Made by a program: the position numbers and the translations under genes. Shown piece by piece: positions 1 through 16,090 of a stretch of DNA of 64,000 bases. The notes under the pieces are model-generated. The model was not told the origin of the DNA. It did no database searches and worked only from the letters and a program-made list of their open reading frames with translations. The stretch's first letter is position 1. Every line of letters begins with the position of its first letter. The DNA comes from Eledone cirrhosa (lineage: Eukaryota): positions 250,480,001-250,544,000 of the forward strand of contig OZ024740.1 in NCBI GenBank assembly GCA_964016885.1, given 5' to 3'.

Positions 1-231
1 AAAACATCCTGTGAGTGTATTGTTAATCGAGTGGTCAATAGTTCAAAAGGGGATAGGGGATTGTAAGTTAGAGGTAAATTCTGAAGAAGTAGTAGTGGAA
101 TTGTATGAGAAATTCTATTATTGGAATGTGGCTTCAGGCAGTGTGTGTACATATATACACATACTTATGTCCCAAGGCTCTGATACCATCAACACTATAA
201 ACACAGAGCTGGCATATCTAAGAACTGACTA

Positions 232-287
232 ACTGCCTGATGAGGTCATAGCCATTCAATGGCTATCATCGAAATATATATAGTAGT
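232..287 (+). ncRNA. Minimal type-I hammerhead ribozyme (PLE pLTR type)
   Basis: Stem I actgc/gtagt, CTGATGA core 237-243, stem II ggt-c-atagcc/ggctat-c-atc, GAAA 271-274, palindromic stem III tatata, UA cleavage site, followed by aataaa. Confidence 0.8.
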
Positions 288-706
288 AAATAAAGGATTA
301 TGAGTTCATGCAATTGACTTATGTTTCGTCACTATACACATACATATATAGATATATAGAGAGAGTGTGAGGGTGTATATATAACAATACACATATGTGT
401 GTGTGTGTATGTTCACAGTTTGTCTGTCACAGTCCCTTTAGCAATATACACATGTGTGGGGTTGTTGTGTGTGTTTGTGTGTCTTTTTCAACCTGTCACA
501 GATACTTTTGTGGAGGGAAATTAAAAAAAGATATTTTCTTCAAAATTCAGAAAATTGTCAAAAATTAAAAACTAAAATTCAAAGGATTCTCAGAATCCAA
601 AAATTTAAACATTAGAAAAAGTTTTTTTAAACAAATTCTTTAAAAAATACCAGAGTATCAGTAGCAATAGCTTCTGCAATGGGTAATTTTTTACTCTTAT
701 TTTGTG

Positions 707-763
<57 letters not shown>

Positions 764-1051
764 CAAATAACGAAACGAAATTAAATCTCGTTTCGTTTGT
801 AACTCACTTTTGTATGACTGACGCTTAAACAATTAAGTTAAAAATGTACATCCACATATGTATACTGAAATACTAGTATGCATATGAATACACACACGTA
901 TACATATGTAGATGTACCGAGTTTTTCACTGGTCACTTTACTGTGAGTGTCCAGCTATTCTGTATGTAAACCCACAGACAAACCGGTTTTTAGAGTCATA
1001 CTGGTTTTTGAGGAAACACCTTTCCTCTATTCTCTAGAAAGCCAGACAAGG

Positions 1052-1096
1052 AATATTGAACTAGTTTCGTTGTTGTTACAACTCATCAGCAATATT
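1052..1096 (-). ncRNA. Minimal type-I hammerhead ribozyme
   Basis: Minus strand reads aatattg CTGATGA gttgt-aaca-acaac GAAA ctag TT caatatt: perfect stems I and II, palindromic stem III, GUU site. Confidence 0.88.
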
Positions 1097-1359
1097 TACC
1101 TATCTTCCGGCCTTTCTAGAGAATCGTAAAAGCACATATCGTTATATGCTTTTTCTATGTGTGTATATATATATATACACACACACGCATATAAAATAGT
1201 ACACATATGTGCGTGGGTGGGAAGGGGGTTGTGATGTGTGCGTGTGTGTTTTTTTTTCAGTCTGTTTGTCACAGATCCCTTTGTGGTGTGTGTGTGGGGG
1301 GGGGGGAATCTAATGAGGGTGATTATATATTTAGTTTTGGTTTAAATTTGTTAAATAGT

Positions 1360-1508
1360 TTTTCCTTATTTATTCTTTGTTGTTGAGTGAAAGAATGTAA
1401 GTGGGGAGATTTTAAAGTTGGGTAGAGTCATTCCTGCACAATCTGCAACAATGTGGCTACTTAAGTGGATTTCCCTTGTGTTTACGTCTCGGATTTGTTT
1501 GCGATGGA
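1360..1508 (-). mobile_element. Small Penelope-like GIY-YIG C-terminal fragment upstream of the 1052 hammerhead
   Basis: Minus-strand translation IHRKQIRDVNTREIHLSSHI..C resembles the region after YIG in PLE endonucleases; same strand as the downstream hammerhead. Confidence 0.4.
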
Positions 1509-1509
1509 T

Positions 1510-1980
1510 ATATATATATATAAATTTGCAGTTCTTGTCTGTTTGTTTGTTTGTTCACGAACTCCTCCTATGGTTTCGGAGATAGACCTCCATAAACATA
1601 TTTGAAACTACATTGCCCAGGGTACTTGGATAAGTATATTTTAATCAAAGGGTTCCCCGGGGGCACAATCCCTCGATGAAAATCTTTTCCCTTCGATTTT
1701 TATGAAACTTAAACCATAGATAAATGACAAGATATGGTGCCCATTCACAAAATTTCAATAATATTAAGATACCCTAATGGATACTCCCTATAGTGAAAAT
1801 TTTGGAAGCCCATTACTTGAGTATTGGAACCTCTATTATGTCGGGGTTTTCTTAGTAATATTGAAATGCCGAGTTTTTTTCCATAAATTATATCACTGAT
1901 TTAAAATCAATCATCATTTTCTTACAAAAAAAAAAAAAAAATGTGTGAAACGCAGGAAAGCGCCAGTAATTCGGTTAGTA
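1510..1980 (+). mobile_element. Non-autonomous Helitron-like repeat, copy 1
   Basis: Starts in (TA)n, has a (TTTG)n tract near the 5' end, shares blocks with 5435-5956 (ttttaatcaaagggttccccgggg, aatttcaataatattaagac/t), ends in a GC-rich stretch then TTAGT before (TA)n. Confidence 0.5.
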
Positions 1981-2045
1981 TATATATATATATAAACAAG
2001 AGGTGTAAGTCAACAGGTTAAAAATAACTTCGTTTATTCATATTC

Positions 2046-2106
2046 GCTGCTATATTAATATTTCGGTGATAACCATTATGCAACAGCTATGACCTCATCA
2101 GTCAGC
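2046..2106 (-). ncRNA. Type-I hammerhead ribozyme, same family as 232-287
   Basis: Minus strand: gctga CTGATGA ggt-c-atagc...gttat-c-acc GAAA tattaata TA gcagc; one mismatch in stem I next to the core. Confidence 0.7.
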
Positions 2107-2137
2107 TAGATCTTGAACAGAAAAAAAAACGAAAAAC

Positions 2138-2310
2138 ATAATTGTTTCTACTTTAGGCACAAGGCCAGCAATTACCCAGTACATTACTGGTACTTTATTT
2201 TATCGACTCCGTAAGGATGAAAGGCAAAGTTAACCTCGGCGGGATTTGAACTCAGACTGTAAAGGGACGTAACTATGCTAGAAAGCATGGCGCCCAACCC
2301 TCTACCGTTA
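2138..2310 (-). mobile_element. tRNA-derived SINE, family 1 (Meta/MESC-like core)
   Basis: Shared core gcctttcatccttacgg(g/a)gtcgataaaataaagtaccagt and B-box gagttcaaatccc; near-identical copies at about 15.5, 30.1, 58.8 and 59.5 kb. Confidence 0.8.
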
Positions 2311-2528
2311 TTTCGCTCCTTTGATATGCCCTGTCACGAAGTATGTTGAGTGCTCTACACTGCATATTGAAGTTTCGATAACCAACCAGCACATACTCAA
2401 ATTTATATATATATATATGTGTGTATATGTGAGCCTAGGGTTCAATCGGGGGTAACCACAGTAAGGGAATTATCAATGCATCAGGGATGATTACTTTCAA
2501 ATGAAACAGTTCTACTCCTGTAGAAGCC

Positions 2529-2660
<132 letters not shown>

Positions 2661-2761
2661 TCAGGTTATCAATAATGTAGTGATAATATATCGTTACGTT
2701 AGAGATGAACAGCGTACGTGCAGGTTTGCTCAACGAGTATAAATTATATTCCGGAGAAATG

Positions 2762-3125
2762 TAGAAAGGATGAATATAAAATGAAAGTGCTTTTGTTAAA
2801 AAAGGAATTTATTAGGTATTGACATATGTTTCTGTAACAGACCGAATACCTATGTATCGCTGCTTGCGTAATCATATAATGTTAGCAAGTATTCGATAGC
2901 AAATGTATAAACAGTTGTCACTTCTTCAGAGATTTTGGATAAACTCAGTTTATCCAAAATCTCTGAAGAAGTGACAACTGTTTATACATTTGCTATCGAA
3001 TACTTGCTAACATTATATGATTACGCAAGCAGCGATACATAGGTATTCGGTCTGTTACAGAAACATATGTCAATACCTAATAAATTCCTTTTTTAACAAA
3101 AGCACTTTCATTTTATATTCATCCT

Positions 3126-3130
<5 letters not shown>
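2762..3130. repeat. Fold-back palindrome with 184-bp arms and a 1-nt spacer at 2946; contains a degenerate hammerhead-like motif
   Basis: 2762-2945 is the reverse complement of 2947-3130; the right arm has CTGAAGA...gtgaca/tgttac...GAAAC atat GTC. Confidence 0.93.
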
Positions 3131-3163
<33 letters not shown>

Positions 3164-3245
3164 ATAATAATAAAATTGAAGACTAAAATCCAAAGAGGGG
3201 TCGATAAGGAAAATATATATCAAATATATAAGAACCGTAGAGCAA

Positions 3246-3512
3246 ATATTTATTAAAATAACAGATTAAAGTTTAAGCAAAGAATCGCTGCTTTCACCCT
3301 TAACGGGATCTTCTGAAACTAACAAAGTCAATCTGTAAACGCAGAACTGGATATTTCAAAAAACGTTGCAACCGGAGGAAGACAGGAGGAAGACAACGTT
3401 TTTTGAAATATCCAGTTCTGCGTTTACAGATTGACTTTGTTAGTTTCAGAAGATCCCGTTAAGGGTGAAAGCAGCGATTCTTTGCTTAAACTTTAATCTG
3501 TTATTTTAATAA

Positions 3513-3516
<4 letters not shown>
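3246..3516. repeat. Inverted repeat with 123-bp arms and a 25-nt spacer
   Basis: 3246-3368 is the reverse complement of 3394-3516; the spacer has a duplicated ggaggaagaca; the right arm has a decayed hammerhead-like cagaaga-tccc-gttaa-gggt-gaaa. Confidence 0.93.
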
Positions 3517-3550
<34 letters not shown>

Positions 3551-3720
3551 AAAAGGTAAACAGAAATAACAAAACAAACGGCATAGTATATGGCAGGAAT
3601 ATATTAGTTTAACGCATGAAATAGCAGGAAGATGCTAGTTCTTCATCAGAAGAAAGAATAGGAAATTAAAGAAGAAATAGAAAGATTGGGCGGAATCGGA
3701 AAAATATTTTTTGTGAAAAA

Positions 3721-3820
3721 TAACTGTTTCTACTTTAGGCAGAAGGCCAGCAATTGCCCAGTGCATTACTGGTACTTTATTTTATCGACCCCGTAAGGAT
3801 GAAAGGCAAAGTCAACCTCG
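3721..3820 (-). mobile_element. SINE family 1, partial copy
   Basis: Core and 3' part match 15497-15690; tRNA head missing. Confidence 0.75.
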
Positions 3821-3951
3821 TGAAAAATAACATGTCCATTCATGTTACCATCTCTTCGAAACTTGGTTTAAAAGGTGGCGATCGAACGCGTCTATCTGAA
3901 AAGAAAAGGAAAACGTTTTGTATATAGAACTATACATGTGCGCATGAGTAT

Positions 3952-4004
<53 letters not shown>

Positions 4005-4284
4005 ACTTCTGTACGAAGCTAAAAGGATGTGCGTGTGTATATGTAAGTAAAAGAGTGTGTGTGTGTGTGTGTGGTTGCTTGTAAGTACGAAGCTGTGAAA
4101 GTAAATGTAGAGGTGTGTGTGCGTATTTTGTTGGTCTGTATCAGCTGTATGAGTATATATTTCTGACCATAACAGAGCCATAGGAACCTAGATGTGAATG
4201 TACAAGCGTGTGTATGATAACGGACGGAGTAAAAATGACGGGGGCAAAGGGTAGAGAAATAAGCAGGAACGTATGTGTGTAAGA

Positions 4285-6655
<2,371 letters not shown>

Positions 6656-6659
6656 GTTC

Positions 6660-9183
6660 TAAGTGTAATTTCCTGGTTTGTTATATCCCATTATTATTAA
6701 AAAAAAAACACTATTATTTAATCAGAAGTTTGGGTTTGTGGTCAGGAGTTTGATGTTTCAAAATTTTCATATTTTTCAAGAAAAAACACATTTTTTTTAA
6801 AATTTATCAGTTCATATAATTAAATCAACAGAGTATATATTTATTTTATTACACAAGCTTATCAAAAGCATACAAGTAAAAACAAATAACACTAATAAAG
6901 CAACTTATGCACGTCAGAAATGACTAGATTTCCTGGATTTGCGGTTGTAGTCCAGGTCGCATTCCCGCACTAGCCCCAGATATATAGTCCCCCCCATCAT
7001 TTTTTCATTGTAGTGGCCCTGGTACCTCCGCTCTATCTCTTTCACAACTTGGTGGAATCGTTCGCCTTATTCTTCTGTGCAGGCGCCCATATTGTCCTTG
7101 AATTTTTCCAGGTGAGCGTCCAGCATATGGAGTTTAAGCGACATCCTGCATCCCATGGCTGGTAGTTTTCAGCTCTGTACTTGCCCAGGAAGCCCTTAAC
7201 AACTGCCTTGAAACAGTTCCATGCTGTTCTCTCAATCCTATTGAGCTTATTGGAGAACTCGGTAGACTCAAATACCTTCTTTATCTGAGATCCAACAAAA
7301 ATTCCACCTTTGATTTTGGCCTCAGATAACTTGGGGAAGAAATCAAGAAGGTACTTAAAAGCGGCTGATTCTTGGTTGAGAGCCTTCTCAAACTGCTTCA
7401 TCAACCCCAACTTAATGTGCAGTGGTGGTATGAACACAATCCTGGGATCAACCAGTGGCTCCCACATGACGTTCTGGGTCCCAACTACAAATTCAGTTCG
7501 CTGCTCTCAGCTCTTTCTTTTGTAGTGCTCAGAGGTGGCTCTGCTGTCCCAAAGGCAGAGGAAGCATTGGAATTTGATAAAGCCTCCTTGGAGTCTAAGC
7601 AGGAAAGCCACCATCTTGAAGTCTCTAATGATTTCCCAATTGTACTGGTTGTATTGCAGAGCTTCCAAGAGGACTTTCACACTGTAGTAATCTTCCTTCA
7701 GGCAGACTGAATGAGCTAGGCGCAGTGTCAGGAACTTGTTTCCATTGTGGAGGAGGACAGCCTTCAAACTTGTGGTGGAGCTACTCCTTGGGCACAAACG
7801 GCACCCCAATAACGTCAAACAATCCAGGCACGTCATGGCAGAAGCAGAGGCCATCCCTAAGAGTGTAAAAGCCTGAGAAAGGTTCGTATCGACTTCTCTG
7901 ACTTGTCACCTGCACTTCCTCCTTGACCAAGTTCCACTGCTTCATCCTGGAGACGAATAGCTCTGCATTGGACTTGGTCAGACCCATATCCCTGACCAAG
8001 TCATTGACTTCTTTTTGGTTTGGGAAGTGAGGAACTTTTTCTGGTACCTCAGGCAGGTAATCCAAGTCCTCAGCATCCATCTCCTCCTCTTCATCCGAAT
8101 TCTTGTCTTGGACTTCATCTGGAGCAGGTGGCACTGGCACGGGATATTTGGAGCAGTGAAGAATTGGAGCAATTGATGATGGAAGATCTGGATAATCTAC
8201 ATCAGCAGCATTCTTTCCTTTCCGCCGCTTGCTAACATCCACCATGCAAAAAAAGCAGTTTGTGACGTGGTCTGTTGGCTCTAAGCAGACCCGTGGGTTG
8301 GAAAATTTCAGGGACGTTTTCTCACCTCACAGCCACCCTTCCACAGTTTTCTTACAGTGCTCACAACAGTAGTGAGGGGCCCAGGGCTTGTCCTGGGCCC
8401 CAACTGGCATCTCGAAGTACTTCTGGTAGGCTTCACAAACCTTCACCGACGTTTCCAAGGAGAATTTTTTGCCTCTCTTCTTTATATACTCACCGCATAT
8501 AAAACAGAAAGAGTCAGGGTGGTGCCAGCAGTCTCTTGAAGCCATTCTAAAAATATAGAAATACATGCAGTCAGAAAATATAGATCTTATAGATCTGAAA
8601 GTATAAATAAAAACATGTTAAATGAACATACATATATAAAATAAGTAGGGTAATTCAGGCTAAAGTCATCAAATTCTGAAAACAAAAATTAATATTTTGA
8701 ACCAAATTGCAGTGCAGTTCAATGAAAGAAATTTTTAATTACAAATAAATTTGATATGCAATACAAAATAAATATTGGAAAGGGAAATACATATTTAAAT
8801 AATATAAAAGAACACTAAACATACTAATGAAAATTCGTGCTTAAAACACAACTTACCCTTTATTCAGGGTGCGAAAATCCAGTATCAATAAATCTCTTTA
8901 ATCCACTTTTTAACAATTTTATACTTTATTGCACTTTTATAATTTTCTTTAGGTATTACTCTTTATTTTATAATTTTAATTTAACCTGAAACATATATAA
9001 AAAAATCATTTAACATAAGCAAATTAAACTTACATAGGACGTAAAATCCAGCATACAAATAATTCTAGTGAATAGCTTAGAATTTTTACAAATCCAAACT
9101 TTTAACTGTTTAATAGCACTTTTTTTTTATTTATTTGGGACCTAAGCAACACATAAAAGTGATTACAAGCCAGGAACACGGTG
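6660..9183 (-). mobile_element. Chapaev3-like (CMC superfamily) DNA transposon, decayed
   Basis: Imperfect terminal inverted repeats (ttcctgg.ttgt.at, poly-A, aagtttgg.tttgt at 6670-6740 versus 9090-9178); right end CACGGTG followed by TTA; encloses the transposase pseudogene. Confidence 0.7.
6940..8545 (-). pseudogene. Chapaev3-type DDE transposase pseudogene
   Basis: N-terminal zinc finger CWHHPDSFCFICG...QDKPWAPHYCCEHC, YPDLPSS, SLKAVLLHNGN, CFLCLWDSRA, PPLHIKLGLMKQF, FPKLSEAKIKGGIFVG spread over several frames; pyrimidine-rich TTTTTAG acceptor just before the ATG. Confidence 0.8.
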
Positions 9184-9193
9184 TTATTAGGGT

Positions 9194-9256
<63 letters not shown>

Positions 9257-9279
9257 GTGGTTACACAACAGTTAGTTCA

Positions 9280-9329
9280 CCATACCGAGAACAATTGTTT
9301 CACCTTAGCGGATCCTCAGCTCGTAATGG
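9280..9329 (-). ncRNA. Hammerhead ribozyme in the inverted pLTR copy
   Basis: cgag CTGAGGA tccgctaaggt GAAA caattg TT ctcg. Confidence 0.72.
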
Positions 9330-9831
9330 ACATGGTTATACGCAACAGGAAGGACAACCGTACGAACGCGCATGCGCAGAAACCGTCACTTCACACAGGC
9401 AATACTAAAAAGCGTGAGAGAGGTGTAAGGGAGATAAGTGCGAAAGTCCGAAAAGTTTCTAGTTGATAAGAAAATTAGGATGTTGTGATTCAATCCGGAG
9501 CTTTGTAGTTATGTAAGAGGTGTTTCGAGACGTGTAGACAACGTGAAGAATTCATTTCTTGTGTTTAGGCAATCACTATTGCATAATCTCTTTAGAATAT
9601 TTATTCGTTCATCAATACATAGTCCACACGTCTCGAAACACCTCTTACATAACTACAAAGCTTCGGATTGAATCACAACATCCTAATTTTCTTATCAACT
9701 AGAAACTTTTCGGACTTTCGCAGTTATCTCCCTTACACCTCTCACACGCTTTTTAGTATTGCCTGTGTGAAGTGACGGTTTCTGCGCATGCGCGTTCGTA
9801 CGGTTGTCCTTCCTGTTCCGTATAACCATGT

Positions 9832-9881
9832 CCATTACGAGCTGAGGATCCGGTAAGGTGAAACAATTGTTCTCGGTATGG
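9832..9881 (+). ncRNA. Hammerhead ribozyme in the 5' pLTR
   Basis: ccattacgag CTGAGGA tccggtaaggt GAAA caattg TT ctcggtatgg. Confidence 0.72.
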
Positions 9882-10087
9882 TGAACTAACTGTTGTGTAA
9901 CCACTTCTACCTAACTCGTCCCATGGACTGAGAGCTCTACCACTACGGATATTACCTTCCAATGTTCTACCACTATATATATGTATATATAAATGAAGTA
10001 ATTCCGTCGGAAAGGTACAGGAAAACAGAGTGCTCTATCTAGGTTACAGAGCTTATTAGTTATGTAATAAACAACATAAGATAATTA

Positions 10088-10147
10088 TTTCATTTACCAG
10101 TGGTTTCTTGAAAGCAAACAAATCTGCTTTCAGTCGTCAGAATGAAA
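10088..10147 (-). ncRNA. Hammerhead ribozyme antisense to the PLE ORF
   Basis: tttcatt CTGACGA c-tgaaagca...tgctttca-a GAAA ccactgg TA aatgaaa: 7-bp stem I and 8-bp stem II. Confidence 0.78.
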
Positions 10148-10333
10148 AAATCCTGGTCTTTTTATTGAAAGTGGATTTGAAAACAAAAATATAAGAAATA
10201 TGAAAGTGAGGCTGAAGGACGAAGAAAAAAATATTATAAATAATAAGTATATAAACACACATACACACACACAATTATAATATATATATATATAAATATG
10301 CATATACACACACATAACTACACATACACATAC

Positions 10334-10370
<37 letters not shown>

Positions 10371-10769
10371 CATATATACAAATATATACACACACATATA
10401 TATAAAATATAAATATAAATAAATAAACATATACCCACTCGACCACACGCATATATTTAAAAAAACTGTCACATCAAGAGGCATAGACAAATACATATAC
10501 ATGAAGTCATCATAATAAAAGCAAAAAAATAATTAAAGTCAAATATAAAAAATAAAACTTTGACAACGATACGAGAGAGGAAAAAAAACAAATAAAAATA
10601 AATAAACACCACACATACACACAAATACATACACATACATAAGACTATACAGACAGAAAATAAAGACCTATACTCACCGCATACACACAACTAAAACTGT
10701 AAAAAACAAGCATGGAAACAAAGGTATAAAATTAACATAAGCACACACACAAGAGAAAAAAAATCAGTG

Positions 10770-12714
10770 CTGATACAAATGATTGTTTTGACATTAAATC
10801 CCGCAAATACCCACCTAGAATTAAAGACATGGCCAACTTCAAATTAGACCTACATAACTAGTGAAATCAAATATCGTAAGTACAACAATAACTTTCAATC
10901 TAAACTTTCTAACGATATTTCTAACTTTAAACATTCTACAAACACTTTTGTTCTTTCCGATAAAACTAAAAATCTCTTTGAAGTAAATAGTATTTTGTAT
11001 AACCAACTTTTAACAGATAGTATCACTACCAAATACCAATTAGCTAACAATAACACCTACAATACCATTAATAAAGAAGCTAAAGACCTAGCTAGTATTT
11101 TTAAAATAGACAACCGGATCGAAAGTCTAGCTAGACGTAAAGATAATATATTACCCTTAAAGACCATAAATCTGACTTCGCTAATCGACCTAGCTGTAAA
11201 CTAATTAACCCTGCTAAATCTGAAGTTACCTTGCAAGTAAAAAAATCTTAAGAAAAATAATACTCCAAATTAGAACTAAGACTGACTTATCACAATGGTT
11301 AAATACTTCCTCGGTTATTTCCTGGTTTAATAATATACAAGGTAAAAATAAGTGTAGATTTACCCAATTTGATATTGTTGATTTTTACCCCTCTATTACT
11401 GTTTCCTTATTAACAAAAGCCTTAGATTTTGCAAGACCTTTCATTAATATTTCTAAATTAGAAGAAGACGTTATCTTTCATGTTAGGAAAACTCTACTCT
11501 TTGCTAATGAAAGTATTTGGGTTAAAAAGTCAAGCCCTGAAAACTCTTTTGATGTTGCGATGGGTTCTTATGACAGTGCTGATGTGTGCGACTTAGTAGG
11601 ATCATTCCTTCTCCACACCCTTAAAGAGAAATTTCCTTCCCATAATATCGGTTTATACCGAGACGACGGATTGGCAGTTTCTCATACCACCAACGGCGAT
11701 AACCGTAAATATTTAATCAATGCTTTTGCTAACCTAAACCTTAAAATTACTATAGATACGAACCTTACTAATGCTAACATATTAATCTTGATCTAATTAC
11801 TGCCTCTTTTAAACCTTATCATAAACCTAACGAGAATCTAAGATATATACACAAAGAGACTTGTCATCCCCTTATAGATTTTAAAAATCTTATTCCTAAC
11901 ATTGGCCGTAGGATTTCTACCTTATCTTCGTCTATAGACATTTTTAACAAAGGCCCTCAATAATAGCGGCTTTACTGAACATATTAAATATTTATCTACC
12001 CCCCACCCTAAAACTAAACACAATATTAGGAAAAGAAAAATTATTTGGTTCACACGCCCCTTCTCTCTAACTGTCAAAACTAATGTAGGAAGGAAATTCC
12101 TCGACGTCCTAGACAAACATGTTTCCCCTAATCATAGATATTATAAGATATTTAATAGAAATGTAATCAAAATCAGATACTCTAGCTGTCCATCAATGAA
12201 GACTAAAATTACCAACTCTAATCGTACAAGATTAAATCCAGGAAGCAGTTGCAGGAAGCCCGAAGAATGCCCAATACAGGGCAAATGTAATACTAAATCC
12301 ATTGTGTATGAGGCCAAATTGATACCGTTGATTAACAACCAGCCAGCCAGGAGTGAACGATATGTGGGCATGAGTCAGGACAGGTTCAAAACCAGGTATT
12401 ATGCACATGTCGCTTCTTTTAAACACCCTGAAAAAAGAACAGCAACGGCTCTCGCAAATAAAGTGTGGGAATTCAAAGACAATAACATTCCGTACACTAT
12501 CGATTGGTCTATTTTAGACCATTCAAGAGAATATCAAAGGGGCACAAAGAATTGTTCTTTGTGCACCACGGAAAAATTTAGAATTCTCCAAAATTTGAAA
12601 GCCACTTCCACTTGCCTTAACTCCAAGACCGAGATCTTCAGATGTTGTCCTCACCTGAAATCGCATCTACTTTGTAACTGGATTGACATTCCTACGATGA
12701 CTCAACCACCTTGA
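10770..12714 (+). pseudogene. PLE reverse transcriptase plus GIY-YIG endonuclease, frameshifted
   Basis: FDIVDFYPSI, MGSYDSADVCDLVG, GLYRDDGL, RKRKIIWF; C-terminal CRKPEECPIQGKC..SIVY..RYVGMS..FKTRYYAH..CSLCTTEK..LNSKTE..CPH. Confidence 0.9.
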
Positions 12715-12898
12715 ACGCCTTACATCCACTACGATTATTTTTAATATCTGAACTCACATTCTTTACCCATATAATCTTTTTCTCCCTCATCTTATATTTT
12801 TTTTCCTATGATATTTATATTTCTGCATTACCCTTTACACACGCACCTCTTACATATATATATGTATACAGGAAGAACAACTGTTCCTATAACCATGC

Positions 12899-12948
12899 CC
12901 ATTACGAGCTGAGGATCCGCTAAGGTGAAACAATTGTTCTCGGTATGG
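12899..12948 (+). ncRNA. Hammerhead ribozyme in the 3' pLTR
   Basis: Same motif as 9832-9881, located 3' of the GIY-YIG stop codon. Confidence 0.72.
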
Positions 12949-13269
12949 TGAACTAACTGTTGTGTAACCACTTCTACCTAACTCGTCCCATGGACTGAGT
13001 GCTCTACCACTACGGATATTACCTTCCAGTGTATATATATATATATATACACAAACATATATATATATACATACATATACAAACATATATACATAAACAC
13101 ATATACAATATATATATTGTGCGTGTATATGTGTTTATGTATATATGTTTGTATATGTATATATATATATATGTTTGTGTATATATATGTGTGTGTATGT
13201 ATATGTATGTATAGATATGTGTAGATGGTACTTTATGTATGTGTGTGTGTATATCACCTTGTGTATATC

Positions 13270-13505
13270 ACACACATACACAATCGGCGCCGCTGGTCAC
13301 AGCAAGTCGTGCTGTTTTAGCTATAAGATAACGCCATCCCACTGGGTGGGCGGGCAGGTATTCATTTCTACAGCTGGATAAACTGGAGCAACATGAAATA
13401 AAGTGTCTTGCTCAAGGAAACAACACATCACCCGGTCCGAGAATTGAACTCACAACCTTTCGATTGCAAGCTCAATGCTCTAACCACTAAGCCATGCGCC
13501 TTCAC
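13270..13505 (-). mobile_element. tRNA-derived SINE, family 2
   Basis: A-box tggcttagtgg and B-box gagttcaattctc, then ccttgagcaagacactt core; related copy at 26485-26712. Confidence 0.75.
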
Positions 13506-13509
13506 GTGT

Positions 13510-14562
<1,053 letters not shown>

Positions 14563-14567
<5 letters not shown>

Positions 14568-14690
14568 AACGAGTAGGACCCCGTCGGCTGGGCTCAAGCC
14601 GTTTCGACGGCTAATTCTGGACTACTAATTAGTCCAGAATTAGCCGTCAAACGGCTTGAGCTCAGCCGTCGGGGTCCTACTCGTTCCTAT
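14563..14690. repeat. Near-perfect hairpin with about 60-bp arms containing the 3' half of a hammerhead
   Basis: ataggaacgagtaggacccc...ggggtcctactcgttcctat; contains (G)AAA-cggct/agccg-TC but no CTGANGA. Confidence 0.9.
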
Positions 14691-14766
14691 TACCCACTCT
14701 ACTACCCTAAGTATTGAGTACTTTGGTGCGTTATGGTCCATCTGGTTCCTTACCACATTTCCTTCG

Positions 14767-14937
<171 letters not shown>

Positions 14938-15086
14938 GCGGTAACTTACTTCCTCATTTTTGAATCAGTTTGAGCATTTCTTTAGAACTGCTGGACTAGC
15001 AACCTGACAGATACCTCAGGCACTGATGATGATTATCGCTAAATACTGATGTTGATTAGATTATCAATATTAGTATTATTGAGGCA

Positions 15087-15213
15087 CCCACTGATGAATT
15101 ATAGGAGCCCACTTGAATATATATCTATTGATGCTATACAAGCTCCTACATAAATTGGTATAATTTCACCCAAATTGTAGGAATCCTATAATGAAACGAG
15201 ACGTCCGCCTGGG
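15087..15213 (+). ncRNA. Hammerhead-like motif with long stem II and a mutated cleavage triplet (GCC)
   Basis: ccca CTGATGA attatagga...tcctataat GAAAC gagacgtcc GCC tggg; homologous to 28109-28233. Confidence 0.6.
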
Positions 15214-15380
15214 AAGAGATATATTCGATATGTCTCATATGAAATAATACAGCCAATTTTCTACGCAATACTTTTAGTTAGCACTCCGAACGCTTAATTA
15301 AGAATATAATTACTTATTTCCTAATGTTTGTTGAGTGAGTTGGAATTTGGCCGGAGTATCGCTAAAAACCTTTCTCCGAT

Positions 15381-15464
<84 letters not shown>

Positions 15465-15496
15465 ATAAGTAAAAGCGAAGTAGTTTCAAGTCCTTT

Positions 15497-15690
15497 AATA
15501 ATAATTGTTCCTACTTTAGGCACAAGGCCAGCAATTACCCAGTGTATTACTGGTACTTTATTTTATCGACCCCGTAAGGATGAAAGGCAAAGTCAACCTC
15601 GGCGGGATTTGAACTCAGATCGTAAAGGGGCGTAACTATGCTGGAAAGCATGTTGTCTGACCCTCTACCGATACTGCCAATCCACCGCCC
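15497..15690 (-). mobile_element. SINE family 1, full length, with (ATT)n tail
   Basis: A-box tggcagtatcgg, B-box gttcaaatcc, conserved core and attattatta tail; aagtcctttaataataat is duplicated on both flanks (target-site duplication). Confidence 0.85.
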
Positions 15691-16052
15691 TCAAGTCCTT
15701 TAATAATAATGCTGTGATATATATTTCAATGACGACATTGGCCACACTGTTTTGTGTGCGAGTGTCGTGACATCATCAGACAGCTTGTTACATAATAAGG
15801 TTATGTTTCCGAGGCAATCCAAGTTGAATCGACATGGGAACGGACGAAGTGTGTGCTTTTGGGTTCTTCATCCATTCCCCTGTGAATACCAATTCACCCC
15901 AATTTGCATATCGAGTGAGTTAATCGGCCGGGGTACCGAAAACGATAAGCGGAAAAAATGAAACGAAATTTCATTTCTCACTCTTAGTACGGCTGTTACT
16001 TAAATATAAGTATGTATACGTACATACATATATGTATACAGACGTACAGTAG

Positions 16053-16090
<38 letters not shown>

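Larger units (their letters stand above)
9252..9909. repeat. Inverted pseudo-LTR pair with about 284-bp arms and a 90-nt spacer
   Basis: 9252-9535 is the reverse complement of 9626-9909 with a few substitutions; both arms carry a hammerhead. Confidence 0.92.
9252..13030 (+). mobile_element. Near full-length Penelope-like element with inverted and direct pLTRs
   Basis: About 150-bp direct repeat (9813-9961 and 12881-13029) flanks an RT plus GIY-YIG region; inverted pLTR at the 5' side; (TA)n at both ends. Confidence 0.8.

Noticed and set aside
2430-2495. ctgatgc...gaac cctagg on the minus strand
   Set aside because: Two core substitutions and no stem I; too decayed to call.
3625-3660. CTGATGA on the minus strand downstream of the 4285-6655 PLE
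   Set aside because: No GAAA or stem III follows; at most a deleted hammerhead remnant.
10770-12714. Possible selenocysteine-recoding PLE (Naiad type)
   Set aside because: The GIY-YIG domain is C-terminal and open with normal Cys codons; disruptions look like ordinary frameshifts and no SECIS was recognised.
13420-13505. tRNA-like sequence with A and B boxes
   Set aside because: It continues into a SINE body and lacks a clean cloverleaf; treated as a SINE head, not a tRNA gene.
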